The notes beneath the pieces were generated by a model. That model ran no database searches, was not told the DNA's origin, and saw only the letters and a list, made by a program, of their open reading frames with translations. Positions 39,684-50,536 of a stretch of 64,000 nucleotides of DNA are shown piece by piece. The translations under genes and the position numbers were made by a program. This stretch comes from Promethearchaeati archaeon SRVP18_Atabeyarchaeia-1 (GTDB lineage: Archaea > Asgardarchaeota > Atabeyarchaeia > Atabeyarchaeales > Atabeyarchaeaceae). The first letter of the stretch is position 1, and every line of letters starts with the position of its first letter. The stretch is taken from positions 1,440,001-1,504,000 of the forward strand of contig CP147779.1 in the NCBI GenBank assembly GCA_037308085.1. The letters are read 5' to 3'.

Positions 39684-40421
39684 TTGAGTAGTCAGGAAAC
39701 CGTTCTCTACGAGAAGAAGGGCAAGGTAGCAGTCATCACGCTCAACCGCCCTGAACTGAACTTGGTCAACGGAGCAGTAGTGAGTAGAGTGATGGAAACT
39801 CTAGAAGACGCTGAAGATGACCAGAACATCCGCTGCCTGCTCCTCGCGGGCGCCGGAAAGAAGGCCTTTTCAGCTGGGATAGATCTGAAGCACGTCAGCT
39901 CCCTTACGGGGGATGGCCAGCTGAAGTTCGCCGAGTCAACTCACGATCTTGTCTACAGGATTGCTCGATTCAAGAAACCCACGATTGCAGCCATCCATGG
40001 ACACGCTATAGGCATGGGCTATATGCTTGCTGTGGCGGCAGATATCAGAGTAGTTGCGCAAGACGCAAGCTTCAAGATACCTGAGGTGGAACTGGGAATG
40101 TTTCCAGGCTCAGGCATAACTGTCCTGTCACTGAAAAACGGGTTCCCACCTTCACAGCTGCTTGAGCTGATACTCACTTGCAGAGAATTCGGAGCGGTCG
40201 AAGCAGACAAGCTAGGGTTGGCCAACAGGATAGTGAAGCCCGAGGAATTGGAGGAAGTAGCCCTATCGCTTGCAAAGAAAATCTCTTTGGCGGACTCAGC
40301 AGTTGCGGTGCCAATAAAGCAGCTTATTAGGGACTACGCTGCGGCGGGATTCGACGAATCTCAGAGAAAAGAAACCGAGTTGCACTTCACCTACATGAAG
40401 CGGAGATTTCTAGGCAAGTAG
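39684..40421 (+). CDS. Enoyl-CoA hydratase/isomerase family
   Basis: ITLNRP, FSAGIDL, KPTIAAIHG, PEVELG. Confidence 0.9.
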   Translation: MSSQETVLYEKKGKVAVITLNRPELNLVNGAVVSRVMETLEDAEDDQNIRCLLLAGAGKKAFSAGIDLKHVSSLTGDGQLKFAESTHDLVYRIARFKKPTIAAIHGHAIGMGYMLAVAADIRVVAQDASFKIPEVELGMFPGSGITVLSLKNGFPPSQLLELILTCREFGAVEADKLGLANRIVKPEELEEVALSLAKKISLADSAVAVPIKQLIRDYAAAGFDESQRKETELHFTYMKRRFLGK

Positions 40422-40487
40422 AAGAAGGGGGCACCGACGCCGAGCCGAAGAGGAAGTTCAAGGCGATTTGGCTTTAAGGTGCCGGTC

Positions 40488-41588
40488 TCAAGGTGAATTC
40501 ATGCGCTTCAGTCTCTCTATTCTCTCGAACATTGATGGGTGACCCTTCAGGATCCCTATGATCTTCGGAAACTTCATGGGAACAAGGTTGTAATCCGCCA
40601 GTTTTTCCAGCGACGTCGCCAGATCCATGGGATTCGTACATCTAGCTGCAAGTAGGTCCGCTTCATTTTCGAACATACGTCGCAGCTTCAGTAGCAGTAG
40701 ATACAGGAATACGAAAGGCACCAAGTAATCCATGACGATCAATATAAAAAAGACCATTTCATCCGTAACGATAATGCCGGTCCCTATGAGGAAGTAGACG
40801 AGTAGGGAGGCAGCAACTGTAAAGACTGAATACAAGCCGAGCATTAGGGCAATTAGAATTGCAGTTAGCTTCAAAATGTGACGCAGTCTCAGGTGCGCGA
40901 ACTCATGTGCGACTACAGCTTCAATCTCCTTCTTATTCAACACCTTCTCAATATCACCGATCAGGTACACCCTTGCCTGCCTTCTGGAAAAACCTAGCTG
41001 CGCCGCATTCACGACTTTAAAACCCTCAACTGGGACGTGGTATGCGCCAGTAAACTTGCCCTTGATACCCATCTTATCTGCCAACTCTCTTATCGAGTCA
41101 AGCAAGCCTTGGTCTTCGATCTTTTCCTTCTTGAGGATTGATCCGTATATCTTTGGCATCGCCAATCCAATGATCAAAACCATCGCCAAGGTTGTCGCAA
41201 ACGTGAGAAGCTGCGAGTAGTCAGCATCACTGGGCGCAAATAACCAGAAAGCCACAAAGAGCAGTAGAAGCATAGCGAAGGGCATTAGAAATACGAGTCT
41301 CGAACGCAGCTTGTAACCAAGGTATCTTCGAAACCCAAACGTGGTTCTACCATACTTCCTATCAAGCCTGTACTCCAGCGGTGTGACGAGGAACGTCGAG
41401 ATGAGGAATACGACCCCTATTAGCGCTGTTATTGCAATAACCTGAAAATAGTCATCGATCATGAATAGAGGCACGTAGAAGAACAGGTAAATCAGTCCCA
41501 CCAATGAGGTGAAGCAGACCAGAAGCAATGAAAGGAACTTGATTGCATAGCCCTCAAGATAATACTTCCTGATCAATCGTTCATCCAT
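40488..41588 (-). CDS. M48 (HtpX/Ste24-like) membrane metalloprotease
   Basis: NAA, HEFAH, ENEAD, HPS..ERI, several TM helices. Confidence 0.9.
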   Translation of the reverse strand: MDERLIRKYYLEGYAIKFLSLLLVCFTSLVGLIYLFFYVPLFMIDDYFQVIAITALIGVVFLISTFLVTPLEYRLDRKYGRTTFGFRRYLGYKLRSRLVFLMPFAMLLLLFVAFWLFAPSDADYSQLLTFATTLAMVLIIGLAMPKIYGSILKKEKIEDQGLLDSIRELADKMGIKGKFTGAYHVPVEGFKVVNAAQLGFSRRQARVYLIGDIEKVLNKKEIEAVVAHEFAHLRLRHILKLTAILIALMLGLYSVFTVAASLLVYFLIGTGIIVTDEMVFFILIVMDYLVPFVFLYLLLLKLRRMFENEADLLAARCTNPMDLATSLEKLADYNLVPMKFPKIIGILKGHPSMFERIERLKRMNSP

Positions 41589-41726
41589 GGCTCGAATCGC
41601 CTTGTTTAGGGCCGTTGATTAAGGGAATACCCACAACAAGATGAGGTAATACGGTTTTCTCTCTGGACAAAAAAACCGGGAGTTCATGTAGGAGGCCTGC
41701 AGATCCCTCGGGCACATGAGCTGTTC

Positions 41727-42608
41727 CTAACTCTCTTGATCTAGAGGGTTCTGCCCCTTGCTTACCACCCTGCGGACGGACTGGACAATGACGTTCATCA
41801 CGGAATCCCTGTACACGGGGTCGATGGCTACACAGCCGAAAGTCTTGACTCCCAGTTGCCTTTCGATCTCCTCAGGCTTAAGCCTTCCAGGGAGGTCTTG
41901 CTTATTCGCTATACAGATGATCTGTGCCTTTGGTTCCACCCTGTGGCACAGGTCGAGAAGAGGTTTGCTGCCGACTACATTCTCAACCGTGGAATCCGTC
42001 ACGAAGAGAATCAGTGCAGCTCCCCTTAGGAATATGACCCAAGTCTTGTGGTACTCCTGCTGTCCAGCCAAGTCCCAGATAATCACTCTAGTTCCATCGA
42101 TCTGGAAGAGTTTCCGATCCACGTCTGCGCCTATGGTCGCATGGTAAGCCGCTGGAGATGCCAGCCCCTTGAGCAGGTTAAATAGAGTTGTCTTGCCCAC
42201 AGCGGCACGACCGGCCAAGGCGATCTTAAGTCTCGCGCCCTGTTTGGCCTTCATTCCTTCTTCGAGCGCACCAACCTGAGAGACTAAAACCTTTTCGGCA
42301 GCGGACGATAATGACGTATCGCTTCCAGATACACTCTTGACCGAGTATATGTCTGGCATCTGCTGGGCATCCTGCTCAGCTGTCTGTGTCTGCTCGATTA
42401 TAGGCGGGGCTATCGGTGGAGCAGTAAACGGAACGATCGATGGTGCGCTCGCTGCAACCCCCAATGCTTTTTCGATTTTCTCAACTTCGCCAGCAAAATC
42501 AGCCAAGGCACCTGAAATCTGCCATATGAAAACCCTGGTTGCCCTGATCAATTCTCTCAGTCCTTTATCGTTGGGAACTGAACTCAAGTCACACCCCTCG
42601 AACATCAT
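41727..42608 (-). CDS. Small GTPase (Arf/Rab-like) with N-terminal helical and Pro-rich extension
   Basis: GRAAVGKTT, TIG, WDLAGQ, ANKQD, CVA. Confidence 0.88.
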   Translation of the reverse strand: MMFEGCDLSSVPNDKGLRELIRATRVFIWQISGALADFAGEVEKIEKALGVAASAPSIVPFTAPPIAPPIIEQTQTAEQDAQQMPDIYSVKSVSGSDTSLSSAAEKVLVSQVGALEEGMKAKQGARLKIALAGRAAVGKTTLFNLLKGLASPAAYHATIGADVDRKLFQIDGTRVIIWDLAGQQEYHKTWVIFLRGAALILFVTDSTVENVVGSKPLLDLCHRVEPKAQIICIANKQDLPGRLKPEEIERQLGVKTFGCVAIDPVYRDSVMNVIVQSVRRVVSKGQNPLDQES

Positions 42609-42876
42609 GAAGATGAAGAAGCGGTCGATACGCCAAATTCTCTCCAGAATTGGACTGGCCTTTTATTCTGCTCCGGTGTACAGAAAAGATGGAGACGAAT
42701 ATATGAACCTATACACTTGCAGTATCCCAGAACTGTGCACCATTGCGAAGTTTCTAAGATCAAGGAAGCTGCCAAGCAAGAAGTAACTAAAACATTAAAT
42801 ATCCACGCGTCATAGGTATAGGTATCAGAATCAGCTGATTTAGAACTCATACATATCACTCTGGAGTGTAGGGAGC

Positions 42877-43968
42877 TTGCCTCAGGGAATAGTCGTAGTA
42901 CGGTGGGATGAAGCTGAGGGCACAATCCTCGAAGCGAAGCATCCCCAGACAGTTGAAATCTCTTCGGATGAGATGATGAGGATTTTTACCAGCCACGCGA
43001 TGGGCGAAGGTAAGCCGGGTTTCCTCGCAATGAAGATCGGCACACTTAACATAGCGAGCTACTACACTGGGCTTGCGCTGAGAGGAATGCCTCAACACTA
43101 CATTGCGCTACTACTAGCTGATGAGGAAGATGCAACAGTCTTCGAGGGGCCCCTAACCGAGACATCAACTGAACTCATGCAGAAAGTGGGTTCCGACAAC
43201 TTCCCAACCTTTCTGGAGGAAGCTTATAGAAAGCTTATCGACTATCTAACTCTAACCGATGAACAGATGACTGCCTTGGTTATGAAGGACCGCCGCCGTA
43301 GCCTTCTGCTCCAGAAGCTCGCTGGTGGCCCGATGAGCAAGGTGGAGGCCAAGGAAATCCTCGAACAGGAGCTTCAGACAGAAATAGTCAATATTGACCT
43401 CCTGCTCGATCCACTCATCAAGATGGATCTGGTGAAGAAAGCGATCGTCGAAGGGATACCTAGCGAAGTACTCTTCCTACTCGAGGACATTTTCTCAGTC
43501 AGAATGCCACCGGATCTAACCGTCGTGAGAGCTCTGAGGAGCAGGATACCTGATAACCTTGCCACGAAGTACGAGCAGCAGGTGGCGAAGTTCTTTGAGA
43601 AGTATAAAGTGCTCGAAGAGGAACCCGAAGCAGTGTCGAATATTCTAACAAACCCAGTTCAATACAAGATAATCGAGGCCTTGAGAACCTCCGTCTATAC
43701 GGTGGCTGAACTGGCCCTGAACCTGAAGATGGAGCCGTCTACTGTCGAGAACGCCCTAAAGGCTCTACGCAAGGCAGATGTCGTGAGCGAGGTCTCCGAT
43801 AGAAGCGGAAACAGGTACATGGTGATCAAGGCTAACCCAACATTCCTTAAATTCTTCCCAGAATACATGGTTAATGTAACGAGGCAGAAGTGGGCGGCAG
43901 GAATGCTGGAGGACTCCATTGCCAGGAAGCACCTCGAACTTCTGAAAGAAACCTACACAACTCTATGA
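42877..43968 (+). CDS. uDENN/longin-like protein with C-terminal winged-helix domains
   Basis: N-terminal GIVVVRWDEAEGTILEAKHP resembles the uDENN start motif. C-terminal TVAELALNLKMEPSTVENALKALRKADVV is wHTH-like. Confidence 0.6.
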   Translation: MPQGIVVVRWDEAEGTILEAKHPQTVEISSDEMMRIFTSHAMGEGKPGFLAMKIGTLNIASYYTGLALRGMPQHYIALLLADEEDATVFEGPLTETSTELMQKVGSDNFPTFLEEAYRKLIDYLTLTDEQMTALVMKDRRRSLLLQKLAGGPMSKVEAKEILEQELQTEIVNIDLLLDPLIKMDLVKKAIVEGIPSEVLFLLEDIFSVRMPPDLTVVRALRSRIPDNLATKYEQQVAKFFEKYKVLEEEPEAVSNILTNPVQYKIIEALRTSVYTVAELALNLKMEPSTVENALKALRKADVVSEVSDRSGNRYMVIKANPTFLKFFPEYMVNVTRQKWAAGMLEDSIARKHLELLKETYTTL

Positions 43969-44053
43969 CATTTATGTGAAGAATTGCACGATATTACTTC
44001 AGTCAAGAAAGGTTCATTTAACACGTATCTGGAAAAGGAGCTGAAGTTGCCCG

Positions 44054-47000
44054 ATGGGGGATGTAGCCAGGTCCACAACCAAGAGAATGCTGATTGCTGT
44101 CTTCCTTTTCTCAATACTCGCTGTATCATCCGCTAATCAGTACTACTCACCAGGCTCAACCATGCAGCTTCAAGGTGGCGGATCAGGGCAACTAGGTGGA
44201 GTGGGCCCCCTTTTTGCGTCGGACCCTCAAGCCTCAGCCAGACCGGTGAATGACAGTGCCATCGGCTTCGACTCAGGTGGCGGCTCAGGCAGAACGATAA
44301 ATCTACCGAACCTAGGGACAAGTGGTCTCCCAGTAACCCTGGACTACGGATGGTCTTCAGGCAAGATAACCGCCACGGTTCTCGGCCTCTGGGATCAGAG
44401 AAACTGGATCAGGAACGGAACCTTCGACACGGGAAGAAACACGCCATACCCGCCCATCTCCCCGCCGTGGACCTACCGTAAATGGTACGACACTCATCAA
44501 TCAGGTCACCCCAATGCCAGCATTGACACGGGTAGCTGGGTAAGCTCAGGTAATAGCAGATACATCACTGCAACCATGCCTTGGCAGGGTCTTTATCAGC
44601 TTGGTGGAGGAACTCGTGATTACTATACAGGGGAATACTCAGCTTGGAATGAGACCTTCACCTTACCAAGAGGAACTGTGTTGGCGGCGAATCTGTCCCT
44701 GAACTACAATCCAAGGTTCACTGATATATTCGCGCTTGACGAGTTCCAGATATTTGTTCAAGTGAATAGCCACTTTGTCTACGAGAAGGGCTTTGCTCAG
44801 ATAAAATTCGACGGGGAAAACAACAAATGGAATCTTCGAACGAATATCAATGTCCTGACAGATGTGAACGGCTCGTCGGTTTTCAACACACCTGCACAGC
44901 AGACAATTTCGATCTCAATAGGTGTTATTTATGTTTCACACACTGACCACTGGACGAACTTCGGATCAAGCGATAATGGTTGCTGGTTCGACAACGTGAC
45001 ATTGGCCTTGAAAGCCTTGGTGAGACCGGATCAGGTTCAACTCAAGCTCAGGCAACCTAGCAGCGGAGCTTCAACCAACATTATTGCCTCAAACTATGGT
45101 TCCGGCAACGGCACTCTGACTGGGTTTACAATCGGCCCAGCACCTTCAATAACCACATACGACTTTGGCTTCACTTCAAACGTGACTTCGCCTACAACCG
45201 GCTCTTTCAGCGCAAACGCCACAGTCTATGTCACTCGGCAGAGGACTGCCACGACAACCTTTGTAAGCCAAGGGAATGTCGTCAACTGGAGCATATCACT
45301 GGTAACGGCATTTCAGCAAAGCGGGCAGTTTGTCGGGACAACCAAGTACTCTAGTTACTACTTCAACGTTACAACTCAGAAGGATTGGAACCTCACAACC
45401 TGCTTGGACCCCAGCGGAGGCAGCCATACAATCAAGTCGGATCCGAACTTCAGCAACAGAACGGTCGGCTCGATCAGAATCCTAAAAGTCAACGTGGCGG
45501 GCATAGGTTCATACTCAACGCTACCGAATCTCTACCCATATATCATTCACGCCATATCGAGCAACTACATCAAAAGCCTAACCACACAGCTGCAGAGTGG
45601 TTCGACTTGGGTGAACTCTTCGAATTTCTACCCCACGCAGACAATGAAGTTTGTTGCGTACATCAGAGGGTCATCGCCAATATCGACCGGCATTGCCAAC
45701 CTAACCATCCGAGGACCGCCAACGTACAACGCTTCGCCTGCCGTAATAGACACCATCACTGGTGTTGTCCCTGTCAGCGGGTTTGCCAATTTCACGAAGC
45801 TGTTGCCGACCAGCTATGCTGCCGGCAATTACTCAGCACAAGTTGACTGGGTTGATAGCTCACTTGGCGAGGCAGGTTCACTCACATCCAAGTTCAATGT
45901 GACTCACGTGTTCACCCTGAGCGTCGCATTTCCTGCATCAGGAGATGTTATCTCCAAAGGGACAGTACTTTTCAATCCTCCCACAAGCGTGAGCGTGCGA
46001 GACTTCTACACAGGCCAGTTTGTAACCGCAAGCGTCAAGGGCAGAGCTTCATGGGAAAGCGCAGGAAGATGGGACACGTTCACAACGTTCTCCACGGTAA
46101 ACGCAACTTACACGAACGTAACCTACGTGCCTTCCTCCCTGACTGTCGGAAATAGGTATTGGCTTGCAGCTAACGCCACCAAGCCCTTCTATGACAAGGC
46201 GACCGCGAACAGCACGTTCTGGATAGGTTCGGCAGCTACGGTCGGCACTCAGACCGCCATCAACGTCTACTACACTGAGACCAACACGTTCTTCGTGAAG
46301 CTAGACCAGATACCGTACAAGGAACAGGGTGGTGGTGACATCACAAACGCAACGATATCGCTCAGTGCGTCGATCTCTTCGAACGATACGCTCGTGAAGT
46401 GGAGCACTAGGTTCAGTGCAGACTACAGCCATCAGGGCACGGGCACCTACTCTGGCTGGATATACATAGGGACACTATCACCTTCTGTAAGGGCGATCCC
46501 TCCTGGGACCTATACGGTCTGGTTCAAGTTGTCTCAGGGTCAATACTACGAAACAAAGTTCTTCAGTCTCCAGCTAACAATATTCCCCGCCATATCTTAC
46601 TTAGATCATCTGAGTGGAAGCGATCAATACGTCTTCTGGGGGCAGACTGCGGTCATCAAACTCAACTTCACAACCTACTGGTCATACGGCTCGTACTCGC
46701 TATCCAAAACACCCATAGTAAATGATTCCTCTCCCTATGTGAGAGTCATATGTGGATGGGCTGGAGGTTGGACGGCCACTCATTCCGTACTAGACCCCGA
46801 TGGTATGTATACTCTCTCCGTTGACACGACATCTTTTGCGACTCCAACGGATGATGGCAGCGGGGCTGGAACGACTTCCTTCAATGTGAGGTTCAACAAG
46901 ACGTACTACGTTCTATCCAACTCGGTGCCAATAACCTTACACATCATGAGGCTTACAACTTCAATGACCGGTGCAGTTCGGAATGGAGTAGTCTACAGCT

Positions 47001-48460
47001 CAACGAACACGACGAGCGTGTATTCGGGCGACTCGAAGTCTATCTATGCCTGGTACAATGATACTCACACAGGTCTCCCAGTGGGTATTGGAGGTTCATC
47101 CATCACTTACACTTCATCAGGTGGCAACATACTTGGGTCAGGAACTCTAAACGCCGTAGCTGGCACGCCGGGCTTATACAACCTTACTCTATCTGGGGCG
47201 AGCACGAACCAGATTCCTGGAACCTACCAGATATTTCTGACAGGATCTAACACTCCACACTACGTGACGCGCAGCATAACCTTAACTCTAAATGTTCTTC
47301 CCATACCATCAACATTGCAGACCTATCACCCGCCCACCACTATCTACTACCTAGATCGGGTTGTATTTCTCATCTGGTACAATGACACGCACAATGGTTT
47401 GCCCATAAGCGGCGCCACCATATCCGTAACGGCTCCTGGAGTAACCATCGTCGCTCCATCCGAAGTGCTTGGAACGCCAGGACTATACAACCTCACGATT
47501 CCAGCAGGGCAGACCGTTGGCGACTATAACATCAACGTTGGAACGAACAAGACCAAGTACGCTGACGGCGCAACACTCATACATCTTCACATTACGAGTT
47601 TGCCGACTGTGCTCTCAACATACTCGGTCGTGTCCGGTGGTCAGCCAGTTATCGGGTCAAGTGTAACGGTCCCGCTGGGAGGATCATTCACGATTTACAT
47701 GTGGTTCAATGACACTCACCACGTTGTCCCCATACCTGGTATGCAGAACTTCATCACGTACAATTCCACCGAGTTCGGTCAGTCGTGGGTTACACCAACT
47801 GGCACCCCTGGCCTATACAGAGTGCCAATAGCCACCACTCCGGACGCCGGCATCTTCACAATCACACTCACGGCAAACGCAGCCGGATACGATCCTCAAG
47901 TACTCGTCTTCACGGTGACGGTGCAGGCTCCTGCACCAGGCTTCAGCCTAATCACCCTAATGCTCGTGGGCGTGGGCGGAGGCGGCGCAGTCTTGGTCGG
48001 CGCTTTGGCTTTGTTGTTCATGAGGCGGGCACGTATCCCGTTCATTGTCAAGAAGATTGATGAGTCGATGAAGCTCATCGCCAAGGGCGACCATGAGGGT
48101 GCGACTCCCGTTGCGCTGAGGTCCAGGGAGGAGCTCATCGTAGGCATAACCCAGGAAAGGGTAGATGCCTTCACAGCCAAGAAACCGGCAAAGGGAGAGG
48201 CTACCGAGTCACTCGCTGGGGAACCCCCTGTCGAGCCTCCTACGACTGGTGCATCCGCGGCGCTGAAGACCGAGCTTGAAGCGGTTGAAACCAAGGAGAA
48301 GCCCGGCGAAGCGATAGAAGAGGTTGAGATGGATACCCTGGACCAGGAGCTGCAGAAGCTCGAGAAGTTCGAGGACAAGGAGAAGCTCCCGGACGGCGCC
48401 AAGGAAGTCCGCGACGTCATAGAGAAGTACAAGGACGGAAAGAAGAAGAAGCCCGAGTAG
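44054..48460 (+). CDS. Large single-pass cell-surface glycoprotein
   Basis: Signal peptide, Thr/Ser/Asn-rich beta domains, many NxS/T sequons, ~108-aa repeats (W(Y/F)NDTH ... GTPGLY), one TM helix, charged cytoplasmic tail. Confidence 0.85.
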   Translation: MGDVARSTTKRMLIAVFLFSILAVSSANQYYSPGSTMQLQGGGSGQLGGVGPLFASDPQASARPVNDSAIGFDSGGGSGRTINLPNLGTSGLPVTLDYGWSSGKITATVLGLWDQRNWIRNGTFDTGRNTPYPPISPPWTYRKWYDTHQSGHPNASIDTGSWVSSGNSRYITATMPWQGLYQLGGGTRDYYTGEYSAWNETFTLPRGTVLAANLSLNYNPRFTDIFALDEFQIFVQVNSHFVYEKGFAQIKFDGENNKWNLRTNINVLTDVNGSSVFNTPAQQTISISIGVIYVSHTDHWTNFGSSDNGCWFDNVTLALKALVRPDQVQLKLRQPSSGASTNIIASNYGSGNGTLTGFTIGPAPSITTYDFGFTSNVTSPTTGSFSANATVYVTRQRTATTTFVSQGNVVNWSISLVTAFQQSGQFVGTTKYSSYYFNVTTQKDWNLTTCLDPSGGSHTIKSDPNFSNRTVGSIRILKVNVAGIGSYSTLPNLYPYIIHAISSNYIKSLTTQLQSGSTWVNSSNFYPTQTMKFVAYIRGSSPISTGIANLTIRGPPTYNASPAVIDTITGVVPVSGFANFTKLLPTSYAAGNYSAQVDWVDSSLGEAGSLTSKFNVTHVFTLSVAFPASGDVISKGTVLFNPPTSVSVRDFYTGQFVTASVKGRASWESAGRWDTFTTFSTVNATYTNVTYVPSSLTVGNRYWLAANATKPFYDKATANSTFWIGSAATVGTQTAINVYYTETNTFFVKLDQIPYKEQGGGDITNATISLSASISSNDTLVKWSTRFSADYSHQGTGTYSGWIYIGTLSPSVRAIPPGTYTVWFKLSQGQYYETKFFSLQLTIFPAISYLDHLSGSDQYVFWGQTAVIKLNFTTYWSYGSYSLSKTPIVNDSSPYVRVICGWAGGWTATHSVLDPDGMYTLSVDTTSFATPTDDGSGAGTTSFNVRFNKTYYVLSNSVPITLHIMRLTTSMTGAVRNGVVYSSTNTTSVYSGDSKSIYAWYNDTHTGLPVGIGGSSITYTSSGGNILGSGTLNAVAGTPGLYNLTLSGASTNQIPGTYQIFLTGSNTPHYVTRSITLTLNVLPIPSTLQTYHPPTTIYYLDRVVFLIWYNDTHNGLPISGATISVTAPGVTIVAPSEVLGTPGLYNLTIPAGQTVGDYNINVGTNKTKYADGATLIHLHITSLPTVLSTYSVVSGGQPVIGSSVTVPLGGSFTIYMWFNDTHHVVPIPGMQNFITYNSTEFGQSWVTPTGTPGLYRVPIATTPDAGIFTITLTANAAGYDPQVLVFTVTVQAPAPGFSLITLMLVGVGGGGAVLVGALALLFMRRARIPFIVKKIDESMKLIAKGDHEGATPVALRSREELIVGITQERVDAFTAKKPAKGEATESLAGEPPVEPPTTGASAALKTELEAVETKEKPGEAIEEVEMDTLDQELQKLEKFEDKEKLPDGAKEVRDVIEKYKDGKKKKPE

Positions 48461-48480
48461 AAGTCAGTTTTAAGGCATCT

Positions 48481-50304
48481 CTAGGCACGCATCTTGCCTA
48501 TTCTTTCTTGTTTTCGCGGTTCTTCTGCATTCTTCTTTGCCCCTTGCACCATCGGGTTAGGTTTCCCCGATTTATCCCACCCTCTTAGTTCATAGTACCT
48601 ATTCACCATTTCTGTGAATCTCGTTCTGTTTACGGTATTGCCACTACTTCCTCCCTGTGGGAGCGGTTGTTCGAAGAATCTCTGTGGCAGGTCATCATCC
48701 TTGGCTGTTATGCCTTCTCTGACGTTGAACAATCTTGTCAGAGTAGCGATCCTGTTGGCGGTTTCTCTTAGCTTGGCTTCGTTTAGATCTGCTCCTGTCA
48801 GTGCTTTCAAGATGTGGGGTAGCCTCTCCCAAGTAGCTATGTCCCGTATGAATCTGCAGATGATGAGGCTGTCGAATATTATGTATCGGTCTTCGAGGTC
48901 GACTACATACTGGGGTTTCTGGTCATACGCGAATCTGTCTATCATACCCCGCAGCTCTTGCACCTGCACTGTCGAACGAAGGTGGCATGCGCCCCTGCAC
49001 GAAACTGCGTAGGCCAAGCCCATGCCAATTACCCCTCGGGGGTCATACCCGGCTGGCTCAAGACCCTTAACTGTCACGTCGAGCCCGGGCAGCCGAAGTC
49101 TCTGAGATGCCCTCCTCACTCCTTCGGCAAGGATGTCTCCGGCACCCTCCCTCTCTGTGATCATCTTGAGGAGTCTCATGGTCTTCTCTAGGTCGCCGTA
49201 GTCCATGCTTATTCCGGTCTTCAGCTTGCCTCGCTTCTCAGCTTCAACTGCAAAGGCAGCCACGTTGCCCGCGGTAATAGAGTCGATTCCCGCTCTATCA
49301 CAGTAGTCGTTAATCACCATGATTGACTCGATGTCGCCGATGTCGCATAGACCGCCGAAGGCATAGACAGTCTCATACTCCGGTCCCTCGACCCTCAACC
49401 CCTTGTATTTTCCCGTTCGAACTTCACATAGCTTTCCGCAGGCGATAGGGCAGTTCCAGCAAGCCCTGGAGCTGAGCAGGACTCTCTCCCTCATGGCAGC
49501 GCCGTTGAACTTCTCCCTGTGAGCCGATACTCCCTCACTCCAGTATCTTACAGGGAACACGCCCGCCTCATTCACGACGTCAACCATTGCCAGCGTGCCA
49601 TAATTCCTATAATTGCTTGTCGCGCTGCTCTCCTTGATTGCCGTGAGGCTCTCTCCCACGACCTCATCCAATAGTGCCTGATCATGAATCGCAGGGTCCT
49701 TGTCGCCTTGGAAGGCGATTGCCTTCAGCTTCTTGGAGCCCATGACGGCGCCACAGCCGCCTCTCCCAGCGCTCCTCCAATAATCATTTTCTATAAGCGC
49801 AAAGCGTACCAGATTCTCACCAGCAGGGCCGATGCACACGACGCCAAGGTTTCTATTACCCAGTTCCCTTCTAACGGCGTCATCCGTGGCAAAGGTATCC
49901 AGCCCCCAAAGTTCACGGGCATCCCTGAACTCCACTCCCTTCTCATTGATGACCAAGTAGGTTCGTCTGCGCGCCTTGCCTTCAATGATAAAAACCTCAC
50001 TGCCTGTAGCCCTCATTCTGTTAGCAACGTGGCCTCCAGAGTAGCTTTCACCATATATCCCTGTCAGAGGCGACTTGAAGAATACGCCGTATCGGTTCGC
50101 CGTGGGATAACTCGTTCCAGTCGCAGGACCCACTGCAAATATCAGTTTGTTTTTCGGCGAGAGAGGTTCTACCATTTCGCTGACTTCATTGTACAGGAAC
50201 CATGTCCCCAACCCTTTGCCACCAATGAGATCTGCGACGAGTTTTCCATCCATTTCTTCCTTGGAGAACTTCATTCTGGCAAGGTTGATCCTCAGGAGCT
50301 TCAT
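48481..50304 (-). CDS. aor: Aldehyde:ferredoxin oxidoreductase family (W/Mo-pterin)
   Basis: KSPLTG, IGPAGE, AGRGG.GAVMGSK.LKAI, CWNCPIAC, EYET, D..GID, RGACH. Confidence 0.93.
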   Translation of the reverse strand: MKLLRINLARMKFSKEEMDGKLVADLIGGKGLGTWFLYNEVSEMVEPLSPKNKLIFAVGPATGTSYPTANRYGVFFKSPLTGIYGESYSGGHVANRMRATGSEVFIIEGKARRRTYLVINEKGVEFRDARELWGLDTFATDDAVRRELGNRNLGVVCIGPAGENLVRFALIENDYWRSAGRGGCGAVMGSKKLKAIAFQGDKDPAIHDQALLDEVVGESLTAIKESSATSNYRNYGTLAMVDVVNEAGVFPVRYWSEGVSAHREKFNGAAMRERVLLSSRACWNCPIACGKLCEVRTGKYKGLRVEGPEYETVYAFGGLCDIGDIESIMVINDYCDRAGIDSITAGNVAAFAVEAEKRGKLKTGISMDYGDLEKTMRLLKMITEREGAGDILAEGVRRASQRLRLPGLDVTVKGLEPAGYDPRGVIGMGLAYAVSCRGACHLRSTVQVQELRGMIDRFAYDQKPQYVVDLEDRYIIFDSLIICRFIRDIATWERLPHILKALTGADLNEAKLRETANRIATLTRLFNVREGITAKDDDLPQRFFEQPLPQGGSSGNTVNRTRFTEMVNRYYELRGWDKSGKPNPMVQGAKKNAEEPRKQERIGKMRA

Positions 50305-50536
50305 AAGACGTGGTCCCCTTTTCTTCCAGTCTACTTTCCCGTCAATCCGTACGCTTACCGTTATCAGCCGGACGTCCTTTAAGGTTATGTGGCTCCCTAC
50401 CGATGAAGTGGAGCTTCAATAAGATATTTATGCACGAAAAGGATTAGTAGATGAAGCCTAGCGGGGGTAGTGCTGCTCTGCCAGAGAGGGCAGATGCCGA
50501 ACTAGAGGTCACAAGGGTCTAGACAGGGGCTTAGAA

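Noticed and set aside
40488-42608. Ste24-like CAAX processing of the neighbouring GTPase
   Set aside because: Neither GTPase in the window ends in CAAX, so adjacency alone is not evidence.
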